From an uncultured Phycisphaerales bacterium (GTDB lineage Bacteria; Planctomycetota; Phycisphaerae; Phycisphaerales; SM1A02): a DNA stretch of 64,000 bases. Position 1 is the first letter of the stretch; each line of letters starts with the position of its first letter. The stretch lies in NCBI GenBank assembly GCA_938084645.1, contig CALKEP010000015.1, forward strand, positions 1-64,000, written 5' to 3'. A program made the translations under genes and the position numbers. Below are positions 55,790-64,000 of this stretch, one piece after another. The notes beneath the pieces are model-generated. The model saw only the letters and a list, made by a program, of their open reading frames with translations. It searched no databases and was not told where the DNA came from.

Positions 55790-57085
55790 ATGTTCTGGAC
55801 CAATCACGCCGCCCGCCTCATCCTGCTTGCATTGGTGGTCATCTCGACTCGCACCGTCTTCGCGGACGACGGGTTCGAGGTGGATCGTGATGACGAGATC
55901 TGGTGCGAAATCGAAGCGCTTCGGACCGAGATCCGTCACCTCCGTGGTCGGCAGGTCGATGATGGTCTCGACGCGACGCGGCGGGTGGAGGTTCGGCGGG
56001 TGATCGACGACGCGCTCGCCGACGCCGACATGCGGACCAATCGAGCCGGCCGCCCCTGGAACGAGATCGCTTCGGCGGACGGTGACTTCACCCTCCAGGC
56101 CGACGTGATCATGCAGTACGACTGGGTCCTCAATTCGACCCGGTCCGAACCGACCCGCTACGGATTCAGCCTCGACACCCTCTGGCTCTCCCTTGGCGGG
56201 ACGGTGTTCGGTCCGGACTGGTCGTACGCCGTCTGTGCGGCGGTGGGTTCGAACGGGGCGTTCAATCCCGAATACGCCTACGCGCAGTACCAGTTCGATG
56301 ATGGTCTGTTCGTGCAGGCGGGGATCCTCTCGGAGTACTTCTCGATCGAGCAGGCGATCAACCCGAACGAACAACTCGGGACGTCCCTGTCGTTCGTCGC
56401 CGGTCAGTTCGACGCCGGTCAGCCCGAGGGGATTCTCGTGGGACGCCAGTTCGAGCGATGGCGATTCTGGTCCACGCTCTCGAACGGATGGGGCCAGTCC
56501 TTCATCGATCCACTGGAGAATCAGCGGATCGGGGTCATGGCTCGCGTCGAGTTCAAGCCGTTCGGGGACTGGAACTCGTTGTACATGTTCAATCCGTATC
56601 CCGGCCTCGTCGACCGCGGTCTGCTGGTGGGATTCGGTGGTTCATTCGACTGGGGGGACTATGCCACCGGAACCGGCCGGGCGGTCTCCGGCGACGCGAC
56701 GCGGGCGACGGCCGACATCTCTTGGCAGCAGAGCGGAATCGGCCTCATGGCCGCCGCCTACTACCAGGACGAGCCCGTGTCTCAGGCCGATGGTGGTCGC
56801 CGGTGGGCCGCCGTCGCACAAGGAGCGTTCTTTCCGGTCTCCACCTGGGACGTGTACGCCCGCGGCGAATGGGGTGCCGTCGAGAACGGATCGAGATCCG
56901 ACTTCGCGATGGCGACGATCGGCGCCAGTTGGATCCCGGCGGGGGATTCGCGACTCAAGGTCGTCTTCGAAGTCGTCAGATCGTGGGGTTCCACCGCGGA
57001 TTGGAGCGTCGATGGAGACATCGGCATCCTCGCGACCGATGGCGATCAGACGGTCTTCAGGACCCAGCTTCAGTTCGCCTTCTGA
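55790..57085 (+). CDS. Outer-membrane beta-barrel (porin-like)
   Basis: Signal peptide, coiled-coil N-terminus, alternating beta strands and a C-terminal 'QLQFAF'. Confidence 0.75.
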   Translation: MFWTNHAARLILLALVVISTRTVFADDGFEVDRDDEIWCEIEALRTEIRHLRGRQVDDGLDATRRVEVRRVIDDALADADMRTNRAGRPWNEIASADGDFTLQADVIMQYDWVLNSTRSEPTRYGFSLDTLWLSLGGTVFGPDWSYAVCAAVGSNGAFNPEYAYAQYQFDDGLFVQAGILSEYFSIEQAINPNEQLGTSLSFVAGQFDAGQPEGILVGRQFERWRFWSTLSNGWGQSFIDPLENQRIGVMARVEFKPFGDWNSLYMFNPYPGLVDRGLLVGFGGSFDWGDYATGTGRAVSGDATRATADISWQQSGIGLMAAAYYQDEPVSQADGGRRWAAVAQGAFFPVSTWDVYARGEWGAVENGSRSDFAMATIGASWIPAGDSRLKVVFEVVRSWGSTADWSVDGDIGILATDGDQTVFRTQLQFAF

Positions 57086-57720
57086 ACGGACTGATCACCG
57101 GCGCTCGAACGAGCATCCAGGAACTCACGGAACTCCTGGAGCAGTTCGTAGTTGGTCGGGTTGTCGGGAAGGAACCACTCGGTCCCGCTCTCGACGAACG
57201 TCGAGACCACGTTCCCCAGGATCACCACGCCGAACACCACGCTGGTGATCCGGGACCAGGCGCCCGAACGACCCGGACGGCTTCCGACCACCATCAACGA
57301 ACCACTCGCGAGGGTCAGGCCGCTCACCAGCAGGATCACGAGGAAGACGACGAACGCCCAGGTGTAGAGGTGAAGCCCGAAGACCGCACCGCCGTATCCG
57401 GGATCGCCGGGGAGAATGTGGAGCAACGTCTGCCGCCCGCTTATCGCGAGACCGAGGACCGACGCGAGAATCGACATTCCGAAACCCGTCGAGAAGTCGG
57501 AGGTGGCATCGGACCCGACGACGGAAGTCCGCCGGATGATGAACATCGGACCCATCGCCGCGAGGAGCATCGCCATCCGCTGCAGCAGGCAGAGCGGGCA
57601 GGGGAGTTCGCTGCCGAGCAACTGGACGAGGAACGCACCGATCACCACGCCGCAAACACCCAGGACCCAGATGTGCAGGAGGAAGAACGAGATTCGATCC
57701 AATCGGGTCCTGCCGTTCAT
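57070..57720 (-). CDS. DsbB-family disulfide bond formation protein
   Basis: 'ELPCPLCLLQR', 'RQTLLHILPGDPGYG', 'GLHLYTW'; about 5 TM helices. Confidence 0.85.
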   Translation of the reverse strand: MNGRTRLDRISFFLLHIWVLGVCGVVIGAFLVQLLGSELPCPLCLLQRMAMLLAAMGPMFIIRRTSVVGSDATSDFSTGFGMSILASVLGLAISGRQTLLHILPGDPGYGGAVFGLHLYTWAFVVFLVILLVSGLTLASGSLMVVGSRPGRSGAWSRITSVVFGVVILGNVVSTFVESGTEWFLPDNPTNYELLQEFREFLDARSSAGDQSVQKAN

Positions 57721-57747
57721 CGAATCGACCCTCCGTCGTCAGGTGGC

Positions 57748-57906
57748 TCAGAAACTGAGACCGAGACGATCCGTGGCGTGATGCAGAAAGAGGAGCGTCA
57801 CGAGAATCATCGAGATCGTGAAGAGGATCAGCGACGATCGACGGTGCTCGCGATGCAGCGTCACGTACGTGCCGAAGAGGAGTATGAAGATGAAAGCGGC
57901 CACCAT
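57748..57906 (-). CDS. Small 2-TM protein (DUF5993-like) upstream of the DsbB-like gene
   Basis: 52 aa ending 'FLHHATDRLGLSF'; true start at ATG 57906. Confidence 0.72.
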   Translation of the reverse strand: MVAAFIFILLFGTYVTLHREHRRSSLILFTISMILVTLLFLHHATDRLGLSF

Positions 57907-57944
57907 CGTCGGGACTCCCTGGCAGGTGCGTCGACGTCGTCCGA

Positions 57945-59927
57945 TCAGGATGATATCCGGCCCGGGAGCACCGGTGGCATCGGACATTCGATCGCGGCCG
58001 CAAGGGCTCGAAGAAGCTCGATCTCGGCCAGCGTTCCATGACCATCGGCACAGACCGTGTCGACCGCGGCGTCGAGAAGCACGGCACGATCCCGCCAACG
58101 AAGCCGTCGAAGTCGATCGAGCGCTCGATCGAGCTCCATCACCGAGCAATCCGCGCGGGAGGGGAGATCCACGTCACCGATCCTCGCCAGTCGCGCACCC
58201 GCTCGGAACGCATGGAGCGCCTGGTCCTCGTTTCGCGCACCGCTCCAGGCGAGCATCGCGAGCACCACGCGAACGGAATCCTCGAGCAGCGCGATCGAAC
58301 GATTCGGTCGGACCGATCCGCCAGCCGAACGGTTCGCTCCCTCCGTGAGATGATCCCGGAGTATCCGACCGAGAAGCCACTCGAATCGATCGAGCCGACC
58401 ATCGGCCTCCTGCATCGAACGGATCGAATTCATGAATCCCGGACGATCCTCTGCGGGCATCCGACTCAGTGCAGGCATGGAGAGATCGAGCAGGACCAGA
58501 CGGAGTTCCGGGTTCCTTCCGATGGCGGCACCGACCGTTCCCCGAAGGCGACGAACCTCGTCGATCGTGATCGGGTCGAGATTCTCCGAGAGCGCCGCGG
58601 CCTGCGCGGATCGGACCTCGGGCTCATCGTCGACGAGCAGAAGAAGACAGACCGCCTTCGCACCGATCGTGTCGTGCATCGCGCTGCGCACCGGATCAGG
58701 GATCGACCCGATGAGTGTTCTTGCGTAGGCGAGGTGATCCGCGTCGGGATCACCGAGCCGGGCGATGCTCCCACGGACCTGTTCCGCACCACGAACCTCG
58801 CGGCTCTCCGGAGCCTCCATGGTGTCTCTCGGCATCGGGACTGCGCTCGCCGCGAAGCCCGAGGCGTTCGCCGGAGGTGGAGGAGGGGCCGATCCTCCCT
58901 GTCGTTCGTCCATGGCCTGCTGGATCTCCTCCTGCGGCCGATTCTCGATCCGCGCGATCCGATCCGCGAGCGGTGGATGGGTCGCGAACGCGGTCGACAG
59001 CGCGGAGGTGAAGAAGAAGTGCTGGAACTCGCTTGCCGCGGACTGGTTCAGATCGTTCCGCGGAAACCCGCCGATGCGACGAAGCGCCCCGGCGATGCCG
59101 GAGGGATTCCGCGTGTAGTCGACCGCCGCGGCGTCCGCGAGGTATTCACGTTGTCGACTGACCGCGGCCTGGATCAGGCGCGCCGCAAGCGTCCCGAGCG
59201 AACCGATCGCCATGAGTGCGAGGCCACCGACGATGACCGCGAGACCGAGGGCCGGGCCCGGGTTGTTCTTCCCGCCGCCCGAACGTGCGAGCACGGGTCC
59301 GATGAACCGGAAGCAGATGTATCCGAGGAAGCCAAGGGCCATGATTCCGAAGATGAGTCCGGTCAATCGGATGTTCAACTTCATGTCGCCATGGACGATG
59401 TGGCTGAACTCGTGGGCCATGACCCCCTGAAGCTCGTCGCGTGACAGTTGCTGGACGCAGCCGCGGGTCACGCCGATGACCGCGCTGTCGAATCCGAAGC
59501 CCGCGGCGAACGCGTTGATCGAGGCGTCGTCGATCAGATAGACGGGCGGCATCGGACAGCCGGACGCGATCGACATCTCCTCGACCACGTTCATCAGTCG
59601 GCGAAGGTCCGGATCGCGATCCTCCGGATGCACGAGCGTTCCGCCGAGCGACTCGGCCACCGCCTTGCCGCCGGAAGCGAGTTGTCCCGTCTTGACGAGG
59701 GATCCGATCACGATCACCAGGAGGGTCGCGCCGCCCACGACGCCCAGGAGTTCGGGGGCCCACCAGCCGGCGGGGGTCTCCTCGGACTGGGTCAGTGCGA
59801 CCATGGCGCCCGCCGCGACGAGATAGACCGCGAGAACGGTTCCGACGACCGCGAACAGGAAGAGGAGGACGAGTCGGCCGGTGCGGGACCGGGCCTTCTC
59901 CTGATCCTCGATGAAGTCCATCACCAT
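57945..59927 (-). CDS. M48 family Zn metalloprotease (HtpX-like, extended C-terminus)
   Basis: 'NVVEEMSIASG', 'INAFAAG', 'HEFSH', 'SRQREYLADA', 'THPPL'. Confidence 0.92.
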   Translation of the reverse strand: MVMDFIEDQEKARSRTGRLVLLFLFAVVGTVLAVYLVAAGAMVALTQSEETPAGWWAPELLGVVGGATLLVIVIGSLVKTGQLASGGKAVAESLGGTLVHPEDRDPDLRRLMNVVEEMSIASGCPMPPVYLIDDASINAFAAGFGFDSAVIGVTRGCVQQLSRDELQGVMAHEFSHIVHGDMKLNIRLTGLIFGIMALGFLGYICFRFIGPVLARSGGGKNNPGPALGLAVIVGGLALMAIGSLGTLAARLIQAAVSRQREYLADAAAVDYTRNPSGIAGALRRIGGFPRNDLNQSAASEFQHFFFTSALSTAFATHPPLADRIARIENRPQEEIQQAMDERQGGSAPPPPPANASGFAASAVPMPRDTMEAPESREVRGAEQVRGSIARLGDPDADHLAYARTLIGSIPDPVRSAMHDTIGAKAVCLLLLVDDEPEVRSAQAAALSENLDPITIDEVRRLRGTVGAAIGRNPELRLVLLDLSMPALSRMPAEDRPGFMNSIRSMQEADGRLDRFEWLLGRILRDHLTEGANRSAGGSVRPNRSIALLEDSVRVVLAMLAWSGARNEDQALHAFRAGARLARIGDVDLPSRADCSVMELDRALDRLRRLRWRDRAVLLDAAVDTVCADGHGTLAEIELLRALAAAIECPMPPVLPGRISS

Positions 59928-59970
59928 GGTCGACTGCTTCCGAAACCGGACCGGAGGCGCCCCTGGAGGA

Positions 59971-62670
59971 TCAGTACTCGACCGTCACCTTCGAGGGTTC
60001 GGCGCCCGCTTCATCGAAGAACAGCAGCTCGATCGGTCCGTCCGCGGCGAGTGCGACGGCGGGGATCGGCAGTTCGACCGAGTTGGCGCCCCGGGTGGTC
60101 CGTCCACCCGGTTCACGGAGAGCGTACCCGCCGAGGTCGAAGCCGTTCATGCGGACCCTTCCTCGCGTCACGCCCTCGACTCGAAGTCGTCCGGAGCGTT
60201 CCAAGCCCGTTCGAGCGCCCGGAATCCGTACTTCACCACGAATCCAGCGTGGCCCACGATCGTCCGGCGTCGAATCCTCCACCCAGGAGCCGATCCGAGC
60301 GTCCGGCGTGCTCTCCCAGCGTCGGAGCCGCCAATCCGTCGCGGGGACGACTTCCGCGACGACCTCGTTGATGGCGACCGTCGGTTGGTCCCCAGCTTCG
60401 GCCGCGTGTTCGAGCAGGGCGATGCGAACGGAGTTCGAACCCGACTTGAACGCCGAATCATCCCCGGCGGACAGGACCTCCCGAAGTCCATGACGGCCGA
60501 AGATCCTGAACGTGGTTCCATTGATCACGACCACCCCGGCCGATCCGGGACCGACCTCCAGGATCAGCGAACTCTTCCGTCGATGGGTGAACTTGTATTC
60601 GATCGCTTCATCCACGGTCCGCTCGCCGTCCGCGGTCTCGGGGATGAACGCCGTGATCTCGAATGGATCGACGGGATCGATCTCGATGGCGCTCTCGACC
60701 ACGCCCTTGAGCGGCTCGACGGCGACCAGGCCGCCGGGTCGATCGCCGTCCCCGGGATGCTGAATCCCGTCGACCGATCGAGGCGCATGCCTGAGGAACA
60801 TCGCGATCTCCCGAGCACTGGACTTCGCGGGAATCGACACGACGCCGTCCTTGACGTCCGTCACCCTGACACCATCCACCCAGCAGTCCCCGTCGCGAAG
60901 ACCCCCCAGCAGGAGGTAGCGGCTCGGTCGTCTTGCCGGGACTGAAAGCGTGCCCGTGAACCACGCGTGCGAGAGGCCAGAGCCGATCGCCGCGAGTCCG
61001 AGATCCTCGTGAACCGGCACGGACCGTGGGTGATCGAGTGATCGACAGTCCGGCTCGGACCAGGTGCGCCATTTCCGGACCATCCGACGGCCCGCTCGAC
61101 TCGAGTCATGCTCGAGCGTGGGCGTTCTCGTTCCGTCGACGTCGATCCGGAACGGCTTCATCCCTTCCCGAGGGATCGCCGATCCGTCCTGGAAGACTCG
61201 TGACGCGCCGATCACGATTCCATCGCCGTCGTCGAGCATCGTCGCGGCCTGGATCTCGTTGAGCACCACCACGGTGAAACCCGCATGCGATTCGACGATC
61301 GGGCCGGAGCCGTCGCGGCGGGCTCGGGGTGCGGTCATCGAGAGCGGCCGACCATCGATGGAAAGTTCGACACTTGAACCCGCTGCGGCGCCGAGCACCA
61401 GCATTCGACCGCCGACGAGTGCCAGTGGCATCGCGGAAGTCCAATCCAGTCGTCCGCGACCGGCGAGATCGGCGTCGACGAGGGTCCAGGTCCAATCTCG
61501 ATCCCCGAAGTCCACGGTGATCCTTCGTCCTGAACCATCGATCACCGCGGCGGATTCGCATCCGCCCTTTCGGAAGAAGAACATCACCGTTCCTGCGCCG
61601 CCCGACCGAGGAACCGCGACCACGCCGGGTGCCGGATCATCCGGATCGACGACCATCGGTTGATCGTCGGAGTCGAGATCGGCCAGCACGCCACCGAAGT
61701 CACGCGTGAAGCGGGCGATCATCGACATCGAACTCCCGATCTCGGTGGGATCGCCGACCGCGTCGACCAGCGGATGCGCAAAAGCGTTCGGAGCGATGTC
61801 CCCGGAGATGTCGCGGCCCGCGCCACCCGCAGGAAGGACACCGTCGACGGCGTGCGCGATCATGGTCTGCGCCCCAGCCGCCAGGGCGCGGACGGTTCGC
61901 TCCGCGAGCTCCCCGGGAATCGTCTCCGTCGGAGCAAGGCCGGGGCGACGATACGCCGTCGCCGCGGGACGTTCGATCGTGCAGATCCTGGGTTTACCCG
62001 GTTGCAACGAGGACACCTGGCGAATGTTCGAGAAGAGATCGTCCCATCCGGACCAGGTCTCGATCGCACCTTCGGTCTCCTGCCAGAACCCGTTGGAGGT
62101 CAGGATGGGAACCGTGATGCCACGTTCGCGGGCGTAACGGACCAGCTCGACGAGGTAGGCGTCGCCTGAATCCCGGGAGCCGCAGTTCCAACCATGCTCC
62201 ACCTGGATCGCGACCAGGGGACCACCCTCATCGCGATCCCCCTGGAGATCCACGACCTCCTGCGAGAGCCGGCTGTACCACCGGGAGACGAGTTCAAGAA
62301 AGGCGGGAGCCCCCGTGCGGGGTTCGCATCCGGGCCGCTCGCCGATCCAGGTGGGAAGTCCGCTTCCATCGAACGGTGCGCCGATCGCGGGTCCGATCCG
62401 AAGCACGGCGTGCAGACCCGACTCGTGAGCCTCCCGAAGGAAGCGTCCGACGTCGAGTCGACCCTCGAAGTCGAAGCGTCCCGGCGTCGGCTCGTGAAGG
62501 AACCAGGGGCAGGACGCGACGACCGTGTTGAACCCGAGCCGGGCCAGGGTGTCGAGACGATCTCGTCGGTCGTGCTCCGCCTGCATGACGTACTCGAAGC
62601 CGCCACCGAACAAGGTCGTGCGGCGTCCGGAGACGAGAAAGCTGCGGCCGTCGAAAGTGATTGGAGGCAT
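59971..62670 (-). CDS. GH35 beta-galactosidase-like protein (divergent active site)
   Basis: 'LGFNTV..PWFLHEPTPGRFDF', 'LRIGP', 'GLPTW', 'GGPLVAIQVE'; C-terminal 'RGRVRMNGFDLGGY'. Confidence 0.78.
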   Translation of the reverse strand: MPPITFDGRSFLVSGRRTTLFGGGFEYVMQAEHDRRDRLDTLARLGFNTVVASCPWFLHEPTPGRFDFEGRLDVGRFLREAHESGLHAVLRIGPAIGAPFDGSGLPTWIGERPGCEPRTGAPAFLELVSRWYSRLSQEVVDLQGDRDEGGPLVAIQVEHGWNCGSRDSGDAYLVELVRYARERGITVPILTSNGFWQETEGAIETWSGWDDLFSNIRQVSSLQPGKPRICTIERPAATAYRRPGLAPTETIPGELAERTVRALAAGAQTMIAHAVDGVLPAGGAGRDISGDIAPNAFAHPLVDAVGDPTEIGSSMSMIARFTRDFGGVLADLDSDDQPMVVDPDDPAPGVVAVPRSGGAGTVMFFFRKGGCESAAVIDGSGRRITVDFGDRDWTWTLVDADLAGRGRLDWTSAMPLALVGGRMLVLGAAAGSSVELSIDGRPLSMTAPRARRDGSGPIVESHAGFTVVVLNEIQAATMLDDGDGIVIGASRVFQDGSAIPREGMKPFRIDVDGTRTPTLEHDSSRAGRRMVRKWRTWSEPDCRSLDHPRSVPVHEDLGLAAIGSGLSHAWFTGTLSVPARRPSRYLLLGGLRDGDCWVDGVRVTDVKDGVVSIPAKSSAREIAMFLRHAPRSVDGIQHPGDGDRPGGLVAVEPLKGVVESAIEIDPVDPFEITAFIPETADGERTVDEAIEYKFTHRRKSSLILEVGPGSAGVVVINGTTFRIFGRHGLREVLSAGDDSAFKSGSNSVRIALLEHAAEAGDQPTVAINEVVAEVVPATDWRLRRWESTPDARIGSWVEDSTPDDRGPRWIRGEVRIPGARTGLERSGRLRVEGVTRGRVRMNGFDLGGYALREPGGRTTRGANSVELPIPAVALAADGPIELLFFDEAGAEPSKVTVEY

Positions 62671-62948
62671 GTTTCTCTCTTCGAAGGAACCGGACCGGGG
62701 AGGCGGTGCAATCCCGAATCCGTCGTAAACAGCCGGGAACCGACCCTCGGGGTACGTCGGACCCGCCCCCGAGGATCGGACATTCGCGTACCTTCCCCTC
62801 TCTGGACCCTTGGAACCGGGAAAATCAAGGGGCTCGGCCGGGTCGATCGATCAGGATTTGAAACCGATTCCGATTCCCCCGAGAACCCAACCGGCGACCA
62901 CCGGTTCATCAGTGCTCACCGCCCTTCGCCGCTTCGGGAAAACCACCC

Positions 62949-64000
62949 ATGTCGATCGCACCCCCAGCCCTCCGTTGTCTGGCCCTCGTCGGCCTCGCGT
63001 TCACGGGCTGTGCCGAGCAGATTCGACAGGTCGACATCCGGACCGACGACCTCGTCGAGTCGCGGAACGCCGTCCTCGCGAGCCGTGACACACCACCGCC
63101 CGCGCTCGAGGTCGAGGCGTACCCTGAAGGCGACCCCTTCCCCGCGGACACGGACGCGGTCAATGATCCGTCGACCCGGGATCCCACGGCGGAACAACTG
63201 GATTTCACCGGCCGAAGCGAGACCGAGAACGAGGCCGAGGCGATCATCGCCCGGATCCGACGACTCGGCGAGACGCCTGAAGACGCCGAATCCATGACCA
63301 TCGAAGGCGCGATCGCCTTCGCTCAGGCGAATGCCACCGAATACACGGGTGCGGAGGAGACCTACCTTCTCACCGCGCTGTCGCTCATCGTCCAGGAGCA
63401 TTTCTTCGAACCTGGATTCTTCAACGAGACGAGTATCGACGCCGGCAAGGGCATCAGCACCCGATACGAGACGGCCCTCCGGGTGGCCAACGACTTCGGG
63501 GTCCGCCAACGACTTCCCTACGGTGGCGAGGTCACCGCCAAGTTCCTCGCCGGAGTGACCCGCAACCTCGACGATGCGGCGAATGAAGGGCGACAGGATG
63601 CCGCGGTCGTGATCGAAGGGAGAATCCCGCTGCTTCGTGGTGCGGGCATGGCCGCGCGGGAGAATCTGGTGCAGGCCCAGCGTAATCTGGTCTACGCATC
63701 CCGATCGTTCGAGTCGTTCCGACGCGACTTCTACGTCTCGATCGTCACCGACTATCTCGATCTGGTGCTCCAGCTTCAGGCGATCGCGAATGCGGAGGGT
63801 GCACTCGCCTTGAACCGCCAGATCGAGGAGCGTGAGGCGGCACTCGTCGCCGCGGGCAGACAGGAGCCCTTTCAGGCCGACCTCGCCCGCCAGGAGACCC
63901 TGTTTGCGCTCGACGACCTCGCGGGTCAGCAGGAGGCCTATCGACTCTCGCTCGATCGATTCAAGGTTCGGATCGGAATGGACCCGGAACGATCGATCGT
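62949..64000 (+). CDS. TolC-family outer membrane efflux lipoprotein, 3'-truncated
   Basis: Not in the ORF track (no stop in window). 'LAFTGC' lipobox; 'IPLLRGAG..RENLVQAQRNLVYA.R.F..FRR'. Confidence 0.8.
   Translation, partial: MSIAPPALRCLALVGLAFTGCAEQIRQVDIRTDDLVESRNAVLASRDTPPPALEVEAYPEGDPFPADTDAVNDPSTRDPTAEQLDFTGRSETENEAEAIIARIRRLGETPEDAESMTIEGAIAFAQANATEYTGAEETYLLTALSLIVQEHFFEPGFFNETSIDAGKGISTRYETALRVANDFGVRQRLPYGGEVTAKFLAGVTRNLDDAANEGRQDAAVVIEGRIPLLRGAGMAARENLVQAQRNLVYASRSFESFRRDFYVSIVTDYLDLVLQLQAIANAEGALALNRQIEEREAALVAAGRQEPFQADLARQETLFALDDLAGQQEAYRLSLDRFKVRIGMDPERSI

Noticed and set aside
1..64000. tRNA, rRNA, transposase, integrase or prophage genes
   Set aside because: None recognised; GTTCGA-like words fall inside CDS without cloverleaf context.

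Overview
High-GC chromosomal window that looks planctomycete (probably Phycisphaerae). The basis is the DUF1549/DUF1553 cytochrome plus DUF1501 pair, a PVC-type heme protein, a PEP-CTERM protein, a giant FliD and a planctomycete-style TolC. About 49 CDS are supported: a polysaccharide flippase and GT4, fliS/fliD, parB with two parS palindromes, sugar genes (GH29, xylA, GH33, GH35-like, glpF), an ECF sigma factor coupled to a VIT-vWA protein, transporters, and a complete compact his operon containing two fusions. No rRNA, tRNA, CRISPR array or mobile element was seen. The two best signals are absent from the ORF track. (1) A 28-aa leader peptide with 7 dispersed His codons and a full protector/antiterminator/terminator attenuator upstream of hisG, possibly translated from a leaderless mRNA. 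(2) A compact cobalamin riboswitch upstream of a small PEP-CTERM surface protein with a transcobalamin/DUF4430-like motif, a candidate B12-capture protein. All family calls come from motif recognition by eye; no searches were run.
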